From a virus, in the IMG/VR virus record IMGVR_UViG_3300046170_000524: a stretch of DNA of 64,000 bases. The stretch is one strand, 5' to 3'. Shown piece after piece: positions 1 to 10,815 of the stretch. The notes under the pieces were generated by a model that was given only the letters and a program-made list of their open reading frames with translations, had not been told where the DNA came from and did not search any database. The position numbers and the translations under genes are program-made. How positions within the stretch are numbered: position 1 is the stretch's first letter; each line of letters starts with the position of its first letter.

Positions 1-2
1 TA

Positions 3-1430
3 AACCAATCAGGTCAAGAACATGTAAAGACTTTGAGGGGAGCATTAGATACAGGTAATTTCTTCAAAATGAATAAAAAATCACGATCTTTATTAAGAGA
101 GAAACAGAGTATTTCTCAAGAAGATTTTGTAATAGGTTTTGTTTTTAGAAACCAATTAAGAAAAAGTGTCCCCAATCTACTTGAAGGATTTAAAATCTTT
201 TGTAAACAAAACCCAGAATGCAAGCCAAAACTTTTACTTCATACTCATTGGGGAGAAGGTTGGGATATTAATAGATTAATAAAAGAAAAAGGGATAGATC
301 CAGAACAAATTTTAACGACATACTTCTGTGAACATTGCAAAGAGTACGAAATTAAACCCTTCAAAGGAGAGAAGCAGGATTGCGGTTTCTGTGGAAAAGA
401 AAAATCTCAGTCCACGACAAGCACAAAAGCCGGAGTTAATGAAAATCAATTAAATGAGATTTACAATTTGATGGATGTATACTGTCATCCGTTTACTAGC
501 GGAGGTCAAGAAATACCAATACAAGAAGCTAAATTAACAGAATTAATCACATTAGTAACTAATTACAGCTGCGGAGAAGACTGTTGCACTGAAGAAGCTA
601 ATAGCTTACCTTTATCCTGGACAGAGTATAGAGAACCTGGAACTCAATTTATAAAAGCCAGCACTGACCCTAAAAGCATAGCAAACCAACTCAGAAAAGC
701 GCTAAATATGCCTAGTTCAAAAAAAGAAATTATGGGTAAAAAAGCTAGAGAGTTCGTTCTCAATAACTACAGTACAGATATTATTGGAAAAAAGCTTGAA
801 CAAATTATAGATAACATGCCAGAAGTAAATTGGGACTTCAATTTCGAAATCGAAGAGAGAGATCCTTTTTATGAACCGCCTGAAATAGAAAGTGACTCAG
901 AGTGGATAACAGACTTATATAAAAATATATTAAAAGTAGAAACCAATGAATTAGAAGACGGTCATAAACATTGGATGAATAGATTAAACACTGATTTATC
1001 AAGAAAAGATGTAATTAAATATTTTAGAAGCGTAGCAGAAAAAGAAAATAAAGAAAATAAAAAAGTTGAATTAACTGAATTTTTAGATAAAGAAGACGAA
1101 GGTAGTAGATTACTTATAGTTATGCCAGAGAGAATTGGTGATATATATCTATCAACATCATTACTTCCTAATTTCAAAAAACAATATCCAAATTATAATA
1201 TATACTATGCAACAAAACCTCAATATTTTGAAATTCTAGACGGAAACCCTTACGTTCACAAATGCATCCCTTACCATGATTCGCTGGCTAATTTGCCAGC
1301 AATGGAAGGACAAGGGGAGTCGCAAGGATATTTTAATATGGTTTTTATACCATTTTTAGGCACTCAAAGAATAATAAACTTTCCACACAATACAGAAGAT
1401 AAAATACAATTCGAACTATGCACCTTTTAG
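3..1430 (+). CDS. GT4-like glycosyltransferase (5'-truncated) with Zn-ribbon insert, helical DUF4214-like segment and a C-terminal GT9-like N-lobe
   Basis: Frame open from window edge; VFRNQLRKS...NEIYNLMDVYCHPFTSGG GT-B motifs; CEHC/CGFC; C-terminal LLIVMPERIGDIYLSTSLL...GNPYVHK resembles the heptosyltransferase N-lobe. Confidence 0.75.
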   Translation, partial: NQSGQEHVKTLRGALDTGNFFKMNKKSRSLLREKQSISQEDFVIGFVFRNQLRKSVPNLLEGFKIFCKQNPECKPKLLLHTHWGEGWDINRLIKEKGIDPEQILTTYFCEHCKEYEIKPFKGEKQDCGFCGKEKSQSTTSTKAGVNENQLNEIYNLMDVYCHPFTSGGQEIPIQEAKLTELITLVTNYSCGEDCCTEEANSLPLSWTEYREPGTQFIKASTDPKSIANQLRKALNMPSSKKEIMGKKAREFVLNNYSTDIIGKKLEQIIDNMPEVNWDFNFEIEERDPFYEPPEIESDSEWITDLYKNILKVETNELEDGHKHWMNRLNTDLSRKDVIKYFRSVAEKENKENKKVELTEFLDKEDEGSRLLIVMPERIGDIYLSTSLLPNFKKQYPNYNIYYATKPQYFEILDGNPYVHKCIPYHDSLANLPAMEGQGESQGYFNMVFIPFLGTQRIINFPHNTEDKIQFELCTF

Positions 1431-2575
1431 AGCAATACGCACTTTCTTGCGGAATAAAAATTGATAAACCGTTTATAGAAACCTCTTACTACCCAACTGA
1501 AAGCGATAAATACATAACATTGCACACAAGTAATAGGATACAATCCAAAACGTATGACTACTATAATGATGTACTTGATTTAATGCACCCATTTTTGAAA
1601 AAAGAAGGAATTGATATAATTCAAATAGGTTCAAGGAATGAAGAAAAAATTAATCACTGCATACATTACCAAGGAAAAACAACAATAAAACAAGCATCTT
1701 ATTTAATAAAAAATTCTCTATTACATCTTGGTACAGATTCATTCAGTAGCCACGTTGCATCGGGATTCAATAAAAAAATAGTTAGCCTATATTCAGTACT
1801 ATTCAAAGAATGTTGTAAACCATTCTGGGGAGACAGTAACGACCATGTTTTACTTGAGCCTGATTGGTCAAAATCCAAACCTTCATTCTCGGATCAAGAG
1901 TATCCTAAATCGATTAATTCTATAATGCCAGAACAAGTAGCAAAACCTGTACTAGATCTATTGAATATAGCAAATGATTTAAACAGCATAGAAACTTTTC
2001 ATATAGGAAGCGCATACCACGCAGGCTCTTTAAGTGTTATACCCAATCATGTTATGCCAAAAAGTTTTGCGCCAAATCAACCGGCGAATATTTTAGCCAA
2101 CGAACATTTTGATGAAGTAAATATAGCCAAATGGGCATACTCTAGGAAAGTAAACATTTTTCTAGACCAACCAATGCAATATAATTACTTACAAGCAATA
2201 AGAGATAATGTTCATCAAATAAATTATTATATAAAACCCGATGACAATGAAGACTTTTTTAAATTAGTACAAAAAATGGGAATAAAACTAAAATTAATTT
2301 GCGAAGACGAAAACCATATCAACGAAGCAAGATTAAAATTCTTCGATTGGGAAGTTCACTTATCAAAAAAGAAAACAAAAAAAGACATTGACAATTATCA
2401 AAAAATATGTGATAATACTCGTTATAAAAGCGCTCAAATCATATCATCAAACAACATGCTTTACGCAAGTAAAAGCGCATGGAAAAATGATATACCTGGC
2501 AGGCACAATAAAATTATAGACGAACCTGACTTTTGGGACAACGCAATCAACTTAAAACTTTATAACAAAAAATAA
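1418..2575 (+). CDS. GT9 (heptosyltransferase-like) C-lobe protein
   Basis: IIQIG...GKTTIKQASYLIKNSLLHLGTDSFSSHVASGFNKKIVSLY matches the GT9 nucleotide-sugar-binding lobe. Confidence 0.7.
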   Translation: MHLLEQYALSCGIKIDKPFIETSYYPTESDKYITLHTSNRIQSKTYDYYNDVLDLMHPFLKKEGIDIIQIGSRNEEKINHCIHYQGKTTIKQASYLIKNSLLHLGTDSFSSHVASGFNKKIVSLYSVLFKECCKPFWGDSNDHVLLEPDWSKSKPSFSDQEYPKSINSIMPEQVAKPVLDLLNIANDLNSIETFHIGSAYHAGSLSVIPNHVMPKSFAPNQPANILANEHFDEVNIAKWAYSRKVNIFLDQPMQYNYLQAIRDNVHQINYYIKPDDNEDFFKLVQKMGIKLKLICEDENHINEARLKFFDWEVHLSKKKTKKDIDNYQKICDNTRYKSAQIISSNNMLYASKSAWKNDIPGRHNKIIDEPDFWDNAINLKLYNKK

Positions 2576-2576
2576 A

Positions 2577-3398
2577 ATGTCAACAAAAACAACCACAGAT
2601 AATTCAGTAACATACGAATCACAAGCTTCAATCCAAACACCTAAAAGATCAATTCCTGAAAAATACTTAAAAGGCCCAGGACGTTTTTGTAGAAACGAGT
2701 ACGGTTTATTAAATGAAGTGAGTTATGAATTTGACGAAGATGGCTCTGTTAATTGGAGATCTATGATTAAAGATGAACATTTGTTTCCCAACAAGTCATG
2801 GTTTGATCTTCGAAAAAAAGATTTACCACGAACAATTGATGGATTAAAAGATCACCAATTACTTATTAAACTTTCAGGAATCAAAGAACTTGCAAAGCTT
2901 AGGGGATTCTCAGATGTATCTTATGAAGTCGTGAAGTGCGAAGAAGACCATGTTGCGGTAATTTGCAGAGTTACGTTTTTACCTAATTATGAAACTGGAA
3001 GCAAGGCTGTAACTTTTCAGGATATGGCAAATGCAACCTTAAACAATACAAGTAGCTTTGCGACTAAATTCCTAGAGACTATTGCATGTAATCGCGCATT
3101 TGTTCGTTGTGTTAGAAATTTTCTTAATGTTCATATTGTAGGTGATGATGAGATAGATAAATCATCCAACAATAATAATGCTCAAGTTAATATATCAGCA
3201 ACATTAACACCCTATTCAATGATAGAAAATTTAGCGAAAGATAAATTAAATTGCGGAAATTTCGAAGAGTTTAAAGTTGTTCTTCGTGATTGGTGGTCGT
3301 CAGGAAAATATAAAAACGATGAAGTTAAAAACTGGAATGATTACTCTGATATTCCTGCAACACAAGCAAGAATATTAATGAAAGTTATAAACGGTTAA
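2577..3398 (+). CDS. Putative Rad52/Sak-like single-strand annealing protein
   Basis: LIKLSGIKELA...VAVICRVTF...LETIACNRAFVRCVRNFLNVHIVGDDE pattern resembles the Rad52/RecT-superfamily core. Confidence 0.5.
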   Translation: MSTKTTTDNSVTYESQASIQTPKRSIPEKYLKGPGRFCRNEYGLLNEVSYEFDEDGSVNWRSMIKDEHLFPNKSWFDLRKKDLPRTIDGLKDHQLLIKLSGIKELAKLRGFSDVSYEVVKCEEDHVAVICRVTFLPNYETGSKAVTFQDMANATLNNTSSFATKFLETIACNRAFVRCVRNFLNVHIVGDDEIDKSSNNNNAQVNISATLTPYSMIENLAKDKLNCGNFEEFKVVLRDWWSSGKYKNDEVKNWNDYSDIPATQARILMKVING

Positions 3399-6300
3399 TT
3401 TTACTTTTAATTTCTTTTATATCTCTTTCTAGGGAAGAAATTTTATCTTGTTGCTCCTTGATTGCTCCAACTAAAAATGGAATTATACCTTCGTATTTAA
3501 GGCCAAGATATCCATCAGATCTTTTCATTACTAAATGAGGTGCAACTTCACGAACTTCTTGAGCTATTAGTCCATAATCTTTTCCTACATGATTCTTGGA
3601 TTTACTGTTCCATTCAAATTCTACACCTCTTAATGATAGAATTTTAGATAGAGGATTTTCGATCTTAAAGATATTATCCTTAAGTAATATATCTGATTGA
3701 GTATATTGCGCGATAACATCATTGGTAGCGAAAAGATTATTGCACGTGATATCGCCCAATGCTGATAAAGTTATATTGTTATTAGCTATACTTCCTGTTG
3801 AAGAGATTGAACTTACGTTAGAAATAGTTCCTCTTGCAATATTCGCATCAGCAATAGTTCCATTACTAATATTTGCGTAACTTATATTTATGTCATCACC
3901 TTGACTTTTTCCTAATTTAAATTTATTTTTACCATCAACTATTCCGGCGATAAAGAAACTATTATCATGAGTTCGTATATAACCTTTGCCATCAGGGTTA
4001 GAATAGTCAGATTGTTCTCCTAAAGTAATAATATCTTTTACTATAGATGATTCTGTTACTAATAATCCTGTTGCAACATTAGAAAAGCTATTCAGGGCTT
4101 GCCAACGACTTGTGTCGACAGAAGGATTAGGATTTGCGGTATTTCCCACGATATCGGTCTTAGCGATATAATAGTCATTACCATAAGATACTACATCTAC
4201 ATTAAGATTATCTCCTACAGCTCCTGTATAAGAAGTCTCAGGTTTCCATTCTCCCCTAAAGATTGGTCCAGAACCTCGGTTACCCCTATTGCCTTTATCA
4301 GTTACAGAGAAAGTTTGTTTTTTAGTAATTGGAGATGAAGAAACTTGACTCTTAAAATCCTTAACTGTAATATCATAGCTAATAAAAGCTCCATCATCTG
4401 TAGACTTAAATCCAGAAGCGTCAGCAAAAATTAATGTTTTACTTGAAATTGTTTGCGATCCAACAGTTATATTTGAAGAAGGGGTTGCTTGAACAAAAAA
4501 TTCTCCATCCGATAGCTGGGATCCTCTAGTTACTTCGCCCGCTCCGCTTCCATATTTCCTGGGTGTTAACGAAACGCTTCCAAGGAAAACTTGAATACTC
4601 GTACCAGATCCAGTTGGCGACGGATCATTTACTAAATCATAAGTTAAGCCATGATGCTCATTACTTAATACAATGGTAGTGGCATTGGACCCAGCTCTTA
4701 AAGCAAAAATACTTATTTGATCTGAAGCTAATTCAGAGCCGGACGGACCTGTTTCAGAAAAACTACAAGTTATAGTCGCTAAAAGACTTTCTGAAGTACC
4801 TTTAATATCAGAGGGAGGCTCATAAAGAATTTGATTTAAACCTTCAATGTAATAACCTTCGGTATAAGATCCTCCCCCTATTTTTTTTAGTGTGCCGACT
4901 CCACTTTTTGAATATTTATAAAATCCATCCCCCCCAAGATTATTACGAGGGGTAGCTCTTACAGTTATATCACCAGAATTTATTCTGGTTAAATCATCTT
5001 CATTGTAAGATACTGCCTGAGCTGGAGATGCGGTCAGATCAACCGCTCTAGCAGGGCTACCCTCTTTATTGTTACTTAAACTTTGTCTTTTTGTAAAAGT
5101 TTTTAATTGTCCATCTTGATCCTTTACAGTAATTTCGTAATCTATATGAGCTATATTGGAGCTAGATGTCCAACTGGCTACCTTAAACTCGGGTTCTTGA
5201 ATGCTAGAATCAAGAGTTACTCCTGATGTAGTAGTTTTAATATGAAATTGTTTAGGTGCTAAATTTCCCTCTTCACTTTGATAAACAAAAGATGTAGCTC
5301 CCTGAAAAACAGATATAATATTTAAAGTATTATCAAAATTTAAATTTTCTTGGTTATTAGCTCCCAAGGTTACAGGTACGTTTGAAAATTCTTGAGACAT
5401 AACGACCGTCAGGGCATTAGATCCTTCTTTTAAACCGAAAATAGTATATCTATCTTCTGCGACTTCTGTTAATTCATCGCTATCGCTTGACGGACCATCT
5501 TTTGCTTTGCATTTAATTCTTATGGGTAAATTCTTATCATCATATGTTGCCGGTATTTTTAAGAAGGCATTTGATGCTCCTGTTGAAAAAGTTATCTCTC
5601 TTACATTTTCGCTCGTTATACTCTTCCATTCATTATCTATGTATCTAGAAAACTCAAGCAGCATATTTTGACCGCCATCAAAAAAATTAAAATGCTCAAC
5701 GCCAACCGTAATATCACTAGTATTGTTTTTCAATACGCCGAATTGATCATATACTAAAGTCTGAGAATCTGAGACGATCTCAATACCCCTACTCCTACTT
5801 CCTGCTTTCGCTTTTGAGAATGTATATATTTTCTCAAACTCAACAGGAGGAAAGTCGCTGTCATAATCATTACCTCTGTATTTATTATCGAAAACAGGAA
5901 TCTTAAGGGCAACTGTGTCATCCAAGTCAGGAATATTCAAAAATTCTATTTCTAATACCTTCACTGTTTGTTGATTACCAGAACTATCAGTAACTATCCT
6001 TGTTACGTTCTCGCCATAACGTTTATTAATTACAAATTTATCTTTTTCACTATCTGGCACTTCATAATTGTCTTCGTTTTCTTTAAATATTAATTGCTTC
6101 GAAGGATTGCTAGTGATCGTACCTACACTATAACCACTACTAGGCTGCGGATTAACATCATATTTTTTGTAGTCATAGTATTCATGACCTCTTCTGAAAA
6201 TGACCGCTGTTTTACCTTCGTCAAATATTCCTTCTGCAACCTTCCCAAACTCATCAGCAACATATGTATGATTTTCATTATCAAGTAATACCGTATAGGC

Positions 6301-9300
6301 GTCATTACCAGGTTTACTTCCATAAATCGTAACAAAATCAGTAGCCAAAAGTAAGTCTTTAGGATCATCTGCTTCACTATCAGGATCTATATCTTGATTT
6401 TCATGTACCGCAGACGCTTTACAAATAAAAGGAGTCTTATTAAATGTATCCAACTCCTCGTCAAATTTTGATAACACAGCAGTCCCTTCATCTTCATTAA
6501 TATTCCACTTTTTTATAGAATCCTGATTTGGGTTAACTCTCCAATACGACGTATTAGTGGGAAGTTTATTTGGGTCTTTTTTATGATCCTTTATAACTTC
6601 ATATATATTATTTCCATACTTTACATTGTAACCATCTGATATAAAGAAACTTGGATCCAAATCGTTATATTCTTTATAATTCAACCTTATTAGATTCTCA
6701 GGATTTAAGTTCTGGCCAGTAAAAAAGATAATTTTAGCTTCACTCTCTAATTCATCTATTAAGTCAGTTGTAAGAGATAAAGTATTATTATTAAAGGTGT
6801 TTGCACTAGGATCATAATTACCATCGTAATCATAATTATATATTTGATTATTTACGCTTAAATCCATATAGGTAGCTGACTTACCATCAGCAACGAAATC
6901 TACAGCAAGAGATCTTTCCATTGAAGTTCCTTTTCCGGAAACATGAACAACTACAGATCCGTATTTAGGTAAAATTCTATTCGGATTTTCAGTGTCATAT
7001 GAAATCATAGCATTAAATCCAGTGACATCAAATGTAGCTCTGGCAGTTTTTGCTCGAGTAGTTCCAGCATAGTCAGTAAAATCAGTTGGAGGATTATACC
7101 TAAAACCAGATATATCGTAAGCTTCAGGTAAATCTTTATTCTTATTCTTACTCTCGGCAAACTCATCATAAGACACAAAATCCACCAAACCATCAGGAGA
7201 TGATATCCTGAAACGTATATCATCTCGAGTCATTTCACTGTTTTGATAAGTAGCAGTAAATATGCAACTATCAGTATTTCTTGCTGGTTCATAAGATCCA
7301 TCCGATAATTCTAAATACATAAAAGATTTAGGTTCTGCACTTATATCTAAAAACGTAAACTCAGCACCATCAAATTGCTTTATTTTTCCGTAAAGAGTTA
7401 AGACGTCATCGTCAAAAAATAATTTACCATTTTCAGTTTGAAATACGAAAGATCCGTCGCCACTCAAAGCAAACCCTGGATCATTCTTTACGTCATGATT
7501 AGTATTTAAGCCTTGGAAACCAGCACTACGAATCTGTCCTTTTCCACCAGCTTCGGCCAGTTGAATATCTTGCCCTTGAATTACTTCAGATCTTATTTTA
7601 TCTGCGGTTAAATTATGAATTTTTGCGTTAGTGATTGCTGCGTCCTGTATATGAGCGGTTCCTATTGTTGCATTAGCGAAAGCATGCCACATCGGAACAG
7701 GTATACCGCCTGCATTTTTGGCTATAATGAAATCGTCAGTTTCACCGAGTAAAGAAGGTTTTTTTTGATCGACCCCCTCTTGAGTTCCTTCTCCAGCAGG
7801 GTGGTAACTAGAAGTATTATAACTTCCACTATAAACAATATTCCTTAAAGGATTATTAATGCTATTATCAAAAGCTCCACCTCCCGGTCCAGTAAGATTA
7901 AGATCTTCATATAAATCCCCTACATCTATATTATTTTCTTCAGCGTAATCTACTAATTTCACAACACCCTCTCCTGTAGCGCTAAAATAAACAAAAGGAT
8001 CTTGAGTATTACCTTCTGTTACAACATAGCCTTCTCCGTTATAATACAGGAAGTGTTGCACCCAAGATATTCCAGCTCCGTTAGATGAAAAAGGATTATT
8101 TGGAACTAAAGCTAAAACATTAGGAAATGCATTAGTTATGTCTTGTTCAAAATTAGCTATATCTGTTGTCTTAGCCTGCCCAAGAATTAACTCTAAACCC
8201 TCAACATAATCAGAAGTAGAATTCTGTACCCCAGTAAATGGCCCCTTATTACCAGCATAATCAACAGGTCTTACCCAAAAATATCTTTTATCATTTACAG
8301 AGCCTTTATGTAAAGTTTGAATTTTTGAAGAATTCGCGTCTATATTAAAAATATTCTCAGCATTAATAATATCCTCTGCAAAATCATAAAATTCTTCTGG
8401 AATCTCCCCTACGGTATTTTGAACGCCTTCAATTCTTCTATATCCTGTAGAGTTTTCATAAGATCCCAAATAATTTCCTTCTTGATTAATTTCTAATTTG
8501 TCATCTATTGATTGCCAAACTTCATAATAATCAATATCAAGTGGAGCTAAATTTATTACCCCTTCATCATCGATCTGGTAATTAGGCTTTGACCAATTCA
8601 AAAAGTAATTTTCAAATGCAGTATCTCCCTCAAAGCCAACGACAGGTCCAGGTATTTCATCTGTGGTAATATTTAGAGCTGGACCAGGATACGCATTAGG
8701 ACTACTAGAATAATAATTTGAAGGTAAAACCCAAACCAGATCCAACTCTCCTCGATTATCATTGCACCCAAACACCTCTCCACTTCCAAAATCATCAAAA
8801 GGCAATATTTTATAATAATACCCAGTAATTTCCTCTTCTACAGGTGGCTTATCGTCTATAATTTGGTTAATATTATTGCCAAAAGTTAAATCTCCAGCGC
8901 CCAAAACGCTCTTAACAAAAGGTTCACCTTCTCTTATAAGTTTTCCTTCTGAATCTACTATAGAAAAGTCTTTACCAGTAGATCTATACAATAGAACCTC
9001 ACTAGTTTTTTCTCCTCTTCCGTTTGCATAATTAAAATTAAACTTTACTTTAGTAACTTGATCTTGAGAGTCAGAGGTAAATCCTTCACTCAATATAACA
9101 GGAGGAGGATTATCAGCAATAATTCTTTCTTTGTTAATTATTTCTCCTAAATTATTAATAATACCAAGCTCTAAACCCACGGACCTTTTACCACTTTCTG
9201 GCAGATACTTGTCTCCATGTATTTGATTATTTAATTCGCGAGTATATTCAAAATTATAAAAAACTTTAGCGTTATGAATATTTTCAACCAAAGGTCTATT

Positions 9301-10815
9301 ACCCAGATCATCTATATCAGACGAAAGTGTGTCATTTCCTTCTGTAATTCCACTTAAAAATTCATTTGTATGAGGATCAAATAGTGAACCACTAATACCC
9401 ACAACTCCAGGAACCACCCCGTTTTTAAACATAAATTTATATTGATTTAAATCAACTAAATTACCAGCGCCATCAACAACGTCCCAATTAAAAATTAAAT
9501 CATCTTCTCTTTCATTAAACCTAATATTATCAAGCTTTATAGATGAAGTAATTTTTTTAAGAACACCATCTTTCTCCAAACCATTTTCGCTTAAATTCAC
9601 ATAATCTTGTATACCATATTCATCAACAGGAGCAAATGAATAATAATAATCAAATCCAAATTTTTGCTGATGAATAAATGAATCCTTTGATCCAACCTTG
9701 CCAATAGATTCAAAAAATGGTGGTTCTCCTAAATCGGCCCAAAAATCTGTCGAGGGAGGAGCAGTAGAAAAAGGATTATTTTGATGATTGTTTTTGGCTT
9801 CATACACTCTACCGTCTGTATATAATACCCTATCACCTATACCATAAAATACCGATTCTAACTCGGAGTATCTAGGTGCATTTTGCAACGATGTATAATA
9901 ATCTAAATTTTCCGATACACTCTTATCGCTATAAAGTTCAACACCTTGCTGTATATAAAAACCCTGGCAATTTAAATTCATAAAATCGGTGTCATTACAA
10001 AAATAAGATGCATTAAATTCTGCGCCCCGCATATTATATGTAAAGTTACCAATAACAGAAGGATAGTTTATTCCAGTAAGGACACCTGTTGTTGTTCTAT
10101 CAAACTTGTCATGAGCTACAATTTCTATAGCTAGAGTTCTATCGATATTTAATTCATCAAAAAAAGGCTCCTCTAAACTTAAAGAAAATTCCCTATAATT
10201 ATCCAAGGCCCCTAGCACGTCGTCAGATAAAAGATGGTATTTTAAATACTCAGAAGAGGCTAATGTAGCATCATCTATAGCTTCTCCATTTTCTCCCGTT
10301 CTAAAAGATAAAGAAAATTTAGAAAAGAAAGAATCACCAAGAAGTTCATTAGACATAACCTCTCCTTCATTAGGATGACCAAAAGGAGCTATCAAACTCC
10401 AAGATATTTCAGTTTTCCTACCAACGTATTCAGATCTTATATGAAGCGGATCACCTTGAGACGAAGGTTGTAATATAACTTCTTTACCAACACTCGCGTC
10501 GGCTGGCAAATTATCTATATTTATATCAGAAAAAGTAAACGTTGTTTCTAAGAAATTTGGAAATATTTCAATTCTATCTTGAATGAATTCAGATCTAACA
10601 CCTATATCACTTACTGCGAAAACCCTAACGTCAAACACTCCATAATTACCCTGAAGAGGAACTTCTTTAAAAACAGTATCCCCTTCTTCATCCACGAGTT
10701 CGGAACCTCTACCAAGTTCATATTGAAAAGAATAATTATCGGACGTACCAACAACCTCGTATTCTGCATCGAGATCATTTATTTTAAATTCTACACCTAG
10801 AGCTGTTCTTGACAT
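3385..10815 (-). CDS. Giant tail fibre/spike (2476 aa) with C-terminal intramolecular chaperone (peptidase S74)
   Basis: C-terminal SDILLKDNI...LRGVEFEWN...GLIAQEV...KYEGIIPFLVGAIKE; ITNAKIHNLTADKI tail repeat; Ig-like linkers TIFGLKEGSNA/SIFALRAGSNA/TIYGSKPGNDA; directly downstream of gpJ with TAATG overlap. Confidence 0.9.
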   Translation of the reverse strand: MSRTALGVEFKINDLDAEYEVVGTSDNYSFQYELGRGSELVDEEGDTVFKEVPLQGNYGVFDVRVFAVSDIGVRSEFIQDRIEIFPNFLETTFTFSDINIDNLPADASVGKEVILQPSSQGDPLHIRSEYVGRKTEISWSLIAPFGHPNEGEVMSNELLGDSFFSKFSLSFRTGENGEAIDDATLASSEYLKYHLLSDDVLGALDNYREFSLSLEEPFFDELNIDRTLAIEIVAHDKFDRTTTGVLTGINYPSVIGNFTYNMRGAEFNASYFCNDTDFMNLNCQGFYIQQGVELYSDKSVSENLDYYTSLQNAPRYSELESVFYGIGDRVLYTDGRVYEAKNNHQNNPFSTAPPSTDFWADLGEPPFFESIGKVGSKDSFIHQQKFGFDYYYSFAPVDEYGIQDYVNLSENGLEKDGVLKKITSSIKLDNIRFNEREDDLIFNWDVVDGAGNLVDLNQYKFMFKNGVVPGVVGISGSLFDPHTNEFLSGITEGNDTLSSDIDDLGNRPLVENIHNAKVFYNFEYTRELNNQIHGDKYLPESGKRSVGLELGIINNLGEIINKERIIADNPPPVILSEGFTSDSQDQVTKVKFNFNYANGRGEKTSEVLLYRSTGKDFSIVDSEGKLIREGEPFVKSVLGAGDLTFGNNINQIIDDKPPVEEEITGYYYKILPFDDFGSGEVFGCNDNRGELDLVWVLPSNYYSSSPNAYPGPALNITTDEIPGPVVGFEGDTAFENYFLNWSKPNYQIDDEGVINLAPLDIDYYEVWQSIDDKLEINQEGNYLGSYENSTGYRRIEGVQNTVGEIPEEFYDFAEDIINAENIFNIDANSSKIQTLHKGSVNDKRYFWVRPVDYAGNKGPFTGVQNSTSDYVEGLELILGQAKTTDIANFEQDITNAFPNVLALVPNNPFSSNGAGISWVQHFLYYNGEGYVVTEGNTQDPFVYFSATGEGVVKLVDYAEENNIDVGDLYEDLNLTGPGGGAFDNSINNPLRNIVYSGSYNTSSYHPAGEGTQEGVDQKKPSLLGETDDFIIAKNAGGIPVPMWHAFANATIGTAHIQDAAITNAKIHNLTADKIRSEVIQGQDIQLAEAGGKGQIRSAGFQGLNTNHDVKNDPGFALSGDGSFVFQTENGKLFFDDDVLTLYGKIKQFDGAEFTFLDISAEPKSFMYLELSDGSYEPARNTDSCIFTATYQNSEMTRDDIRFRISSPDGLVDFVSYDEFAESKNKNKDLPEAYDISGFRYNPPTDFTDYAGTTRAKTARATFDVTGFNAMISYDTENPNRILPKYGSVVVHVSGKGTSMERSLAVDFVADGKSATYMDLSVNNQIYNYDYDGNYDPSANTFNNNTLSLTTDLIDELESEAKIIFFTGQNLNPENLIRLNYKEYNDLDPSFFISDGYNVKYGNNIYEVIKDHKKDPNKLPTNTSYWRVNPNQDSIKKWNINEDEGTAVLSKFDEELDTFNKTPFICKASAVHENQDIDPDSEADDPKDLLLATDFVTIYGSKPGNDAYTVLLDNENHTYVADEFGKVAEGIFDEGKTAVIFRRGHEYYDYKKYDVNPQPSSGYSVGTITSNPSKQLIFKENEDNYEVPDSEKDKFVINKRYGENVTRIVTDSSGNQQTVKVLEIEFLNIPDLDDTVALKIPVFDNKYRGNDYDSDFPPVEFEKIYTFSKAKAGSRSRGIEIVSDSQTLVYDQFGVLKNNTSDITVGVEHFNFFDGGQNMLLEFSRYIDNEWKSITSENVREITFSTGASNAFLKIPATYDDKNLPIRIKCKAKDGPSSDSDELTEVAEDRYTIFGLKEGSNALTVVMSQEFSNVPVTLGANNQENLNFDNTLNIISVFQGATSFVYQSEEGNLAPKQFHIKTTTSGVTLDSSIQEPEFKVASWTSSSNIAHIDYEITVKDQDGQLKTFTKRQSLSNNKEGSPARAVDLTASPAQAVSYNEDDLTRINSGDITVRATPRNNLGGDGFYKYSKSGVGTLKKIGGGSYTEGYYIEGLNQILYEPPSDIKGTSESLLATITCSFSETGPSGSELASDQISIFALRAGSNATTIVLSNEHHGLTYDLVNDPSPTGSGTSIQVFLGSVSLTPRKYGSGAGEVTRGSQLSDGEFFVQATPSSNITVGSQTISSKTLIFADASGFKSTDDGAFISYDITVKDFKSQVSSSPITKKQTFSVTDKGNRGNRGSGPIFRGEWKPETSYTGAVGDNLNVDVVSYGNDYYIAKTDIVGNTANPNPSVDTSRWQALNSFSNVATGLLVTESSIVKDIITLGEQSDYSNPDGKGYIRTHDNSFFIAGIVDGKNKFKLGKSQGDDINISYANISNGTIADANIARGTISNVSSISSTGSIANNNITLSALGDITCNNLFATNDVIAQYTQSDILLKDNIFKIENPLSKILSLRGVEFEWNSKSKNHVGKDYGLIAQEVREVAPHLVMKRSDGYLGLKYEGIIPFLVGAIKEQQDKISSLERDIKEIKSKINRL

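Noticed and set aside
3385-10815. Diversity-generating retroelement target in the fibre
   Set aside because: No reverse transcriptase or TR/VR repeat pair seen; C-terminus is an S74 chaperone rather than a CLec domain
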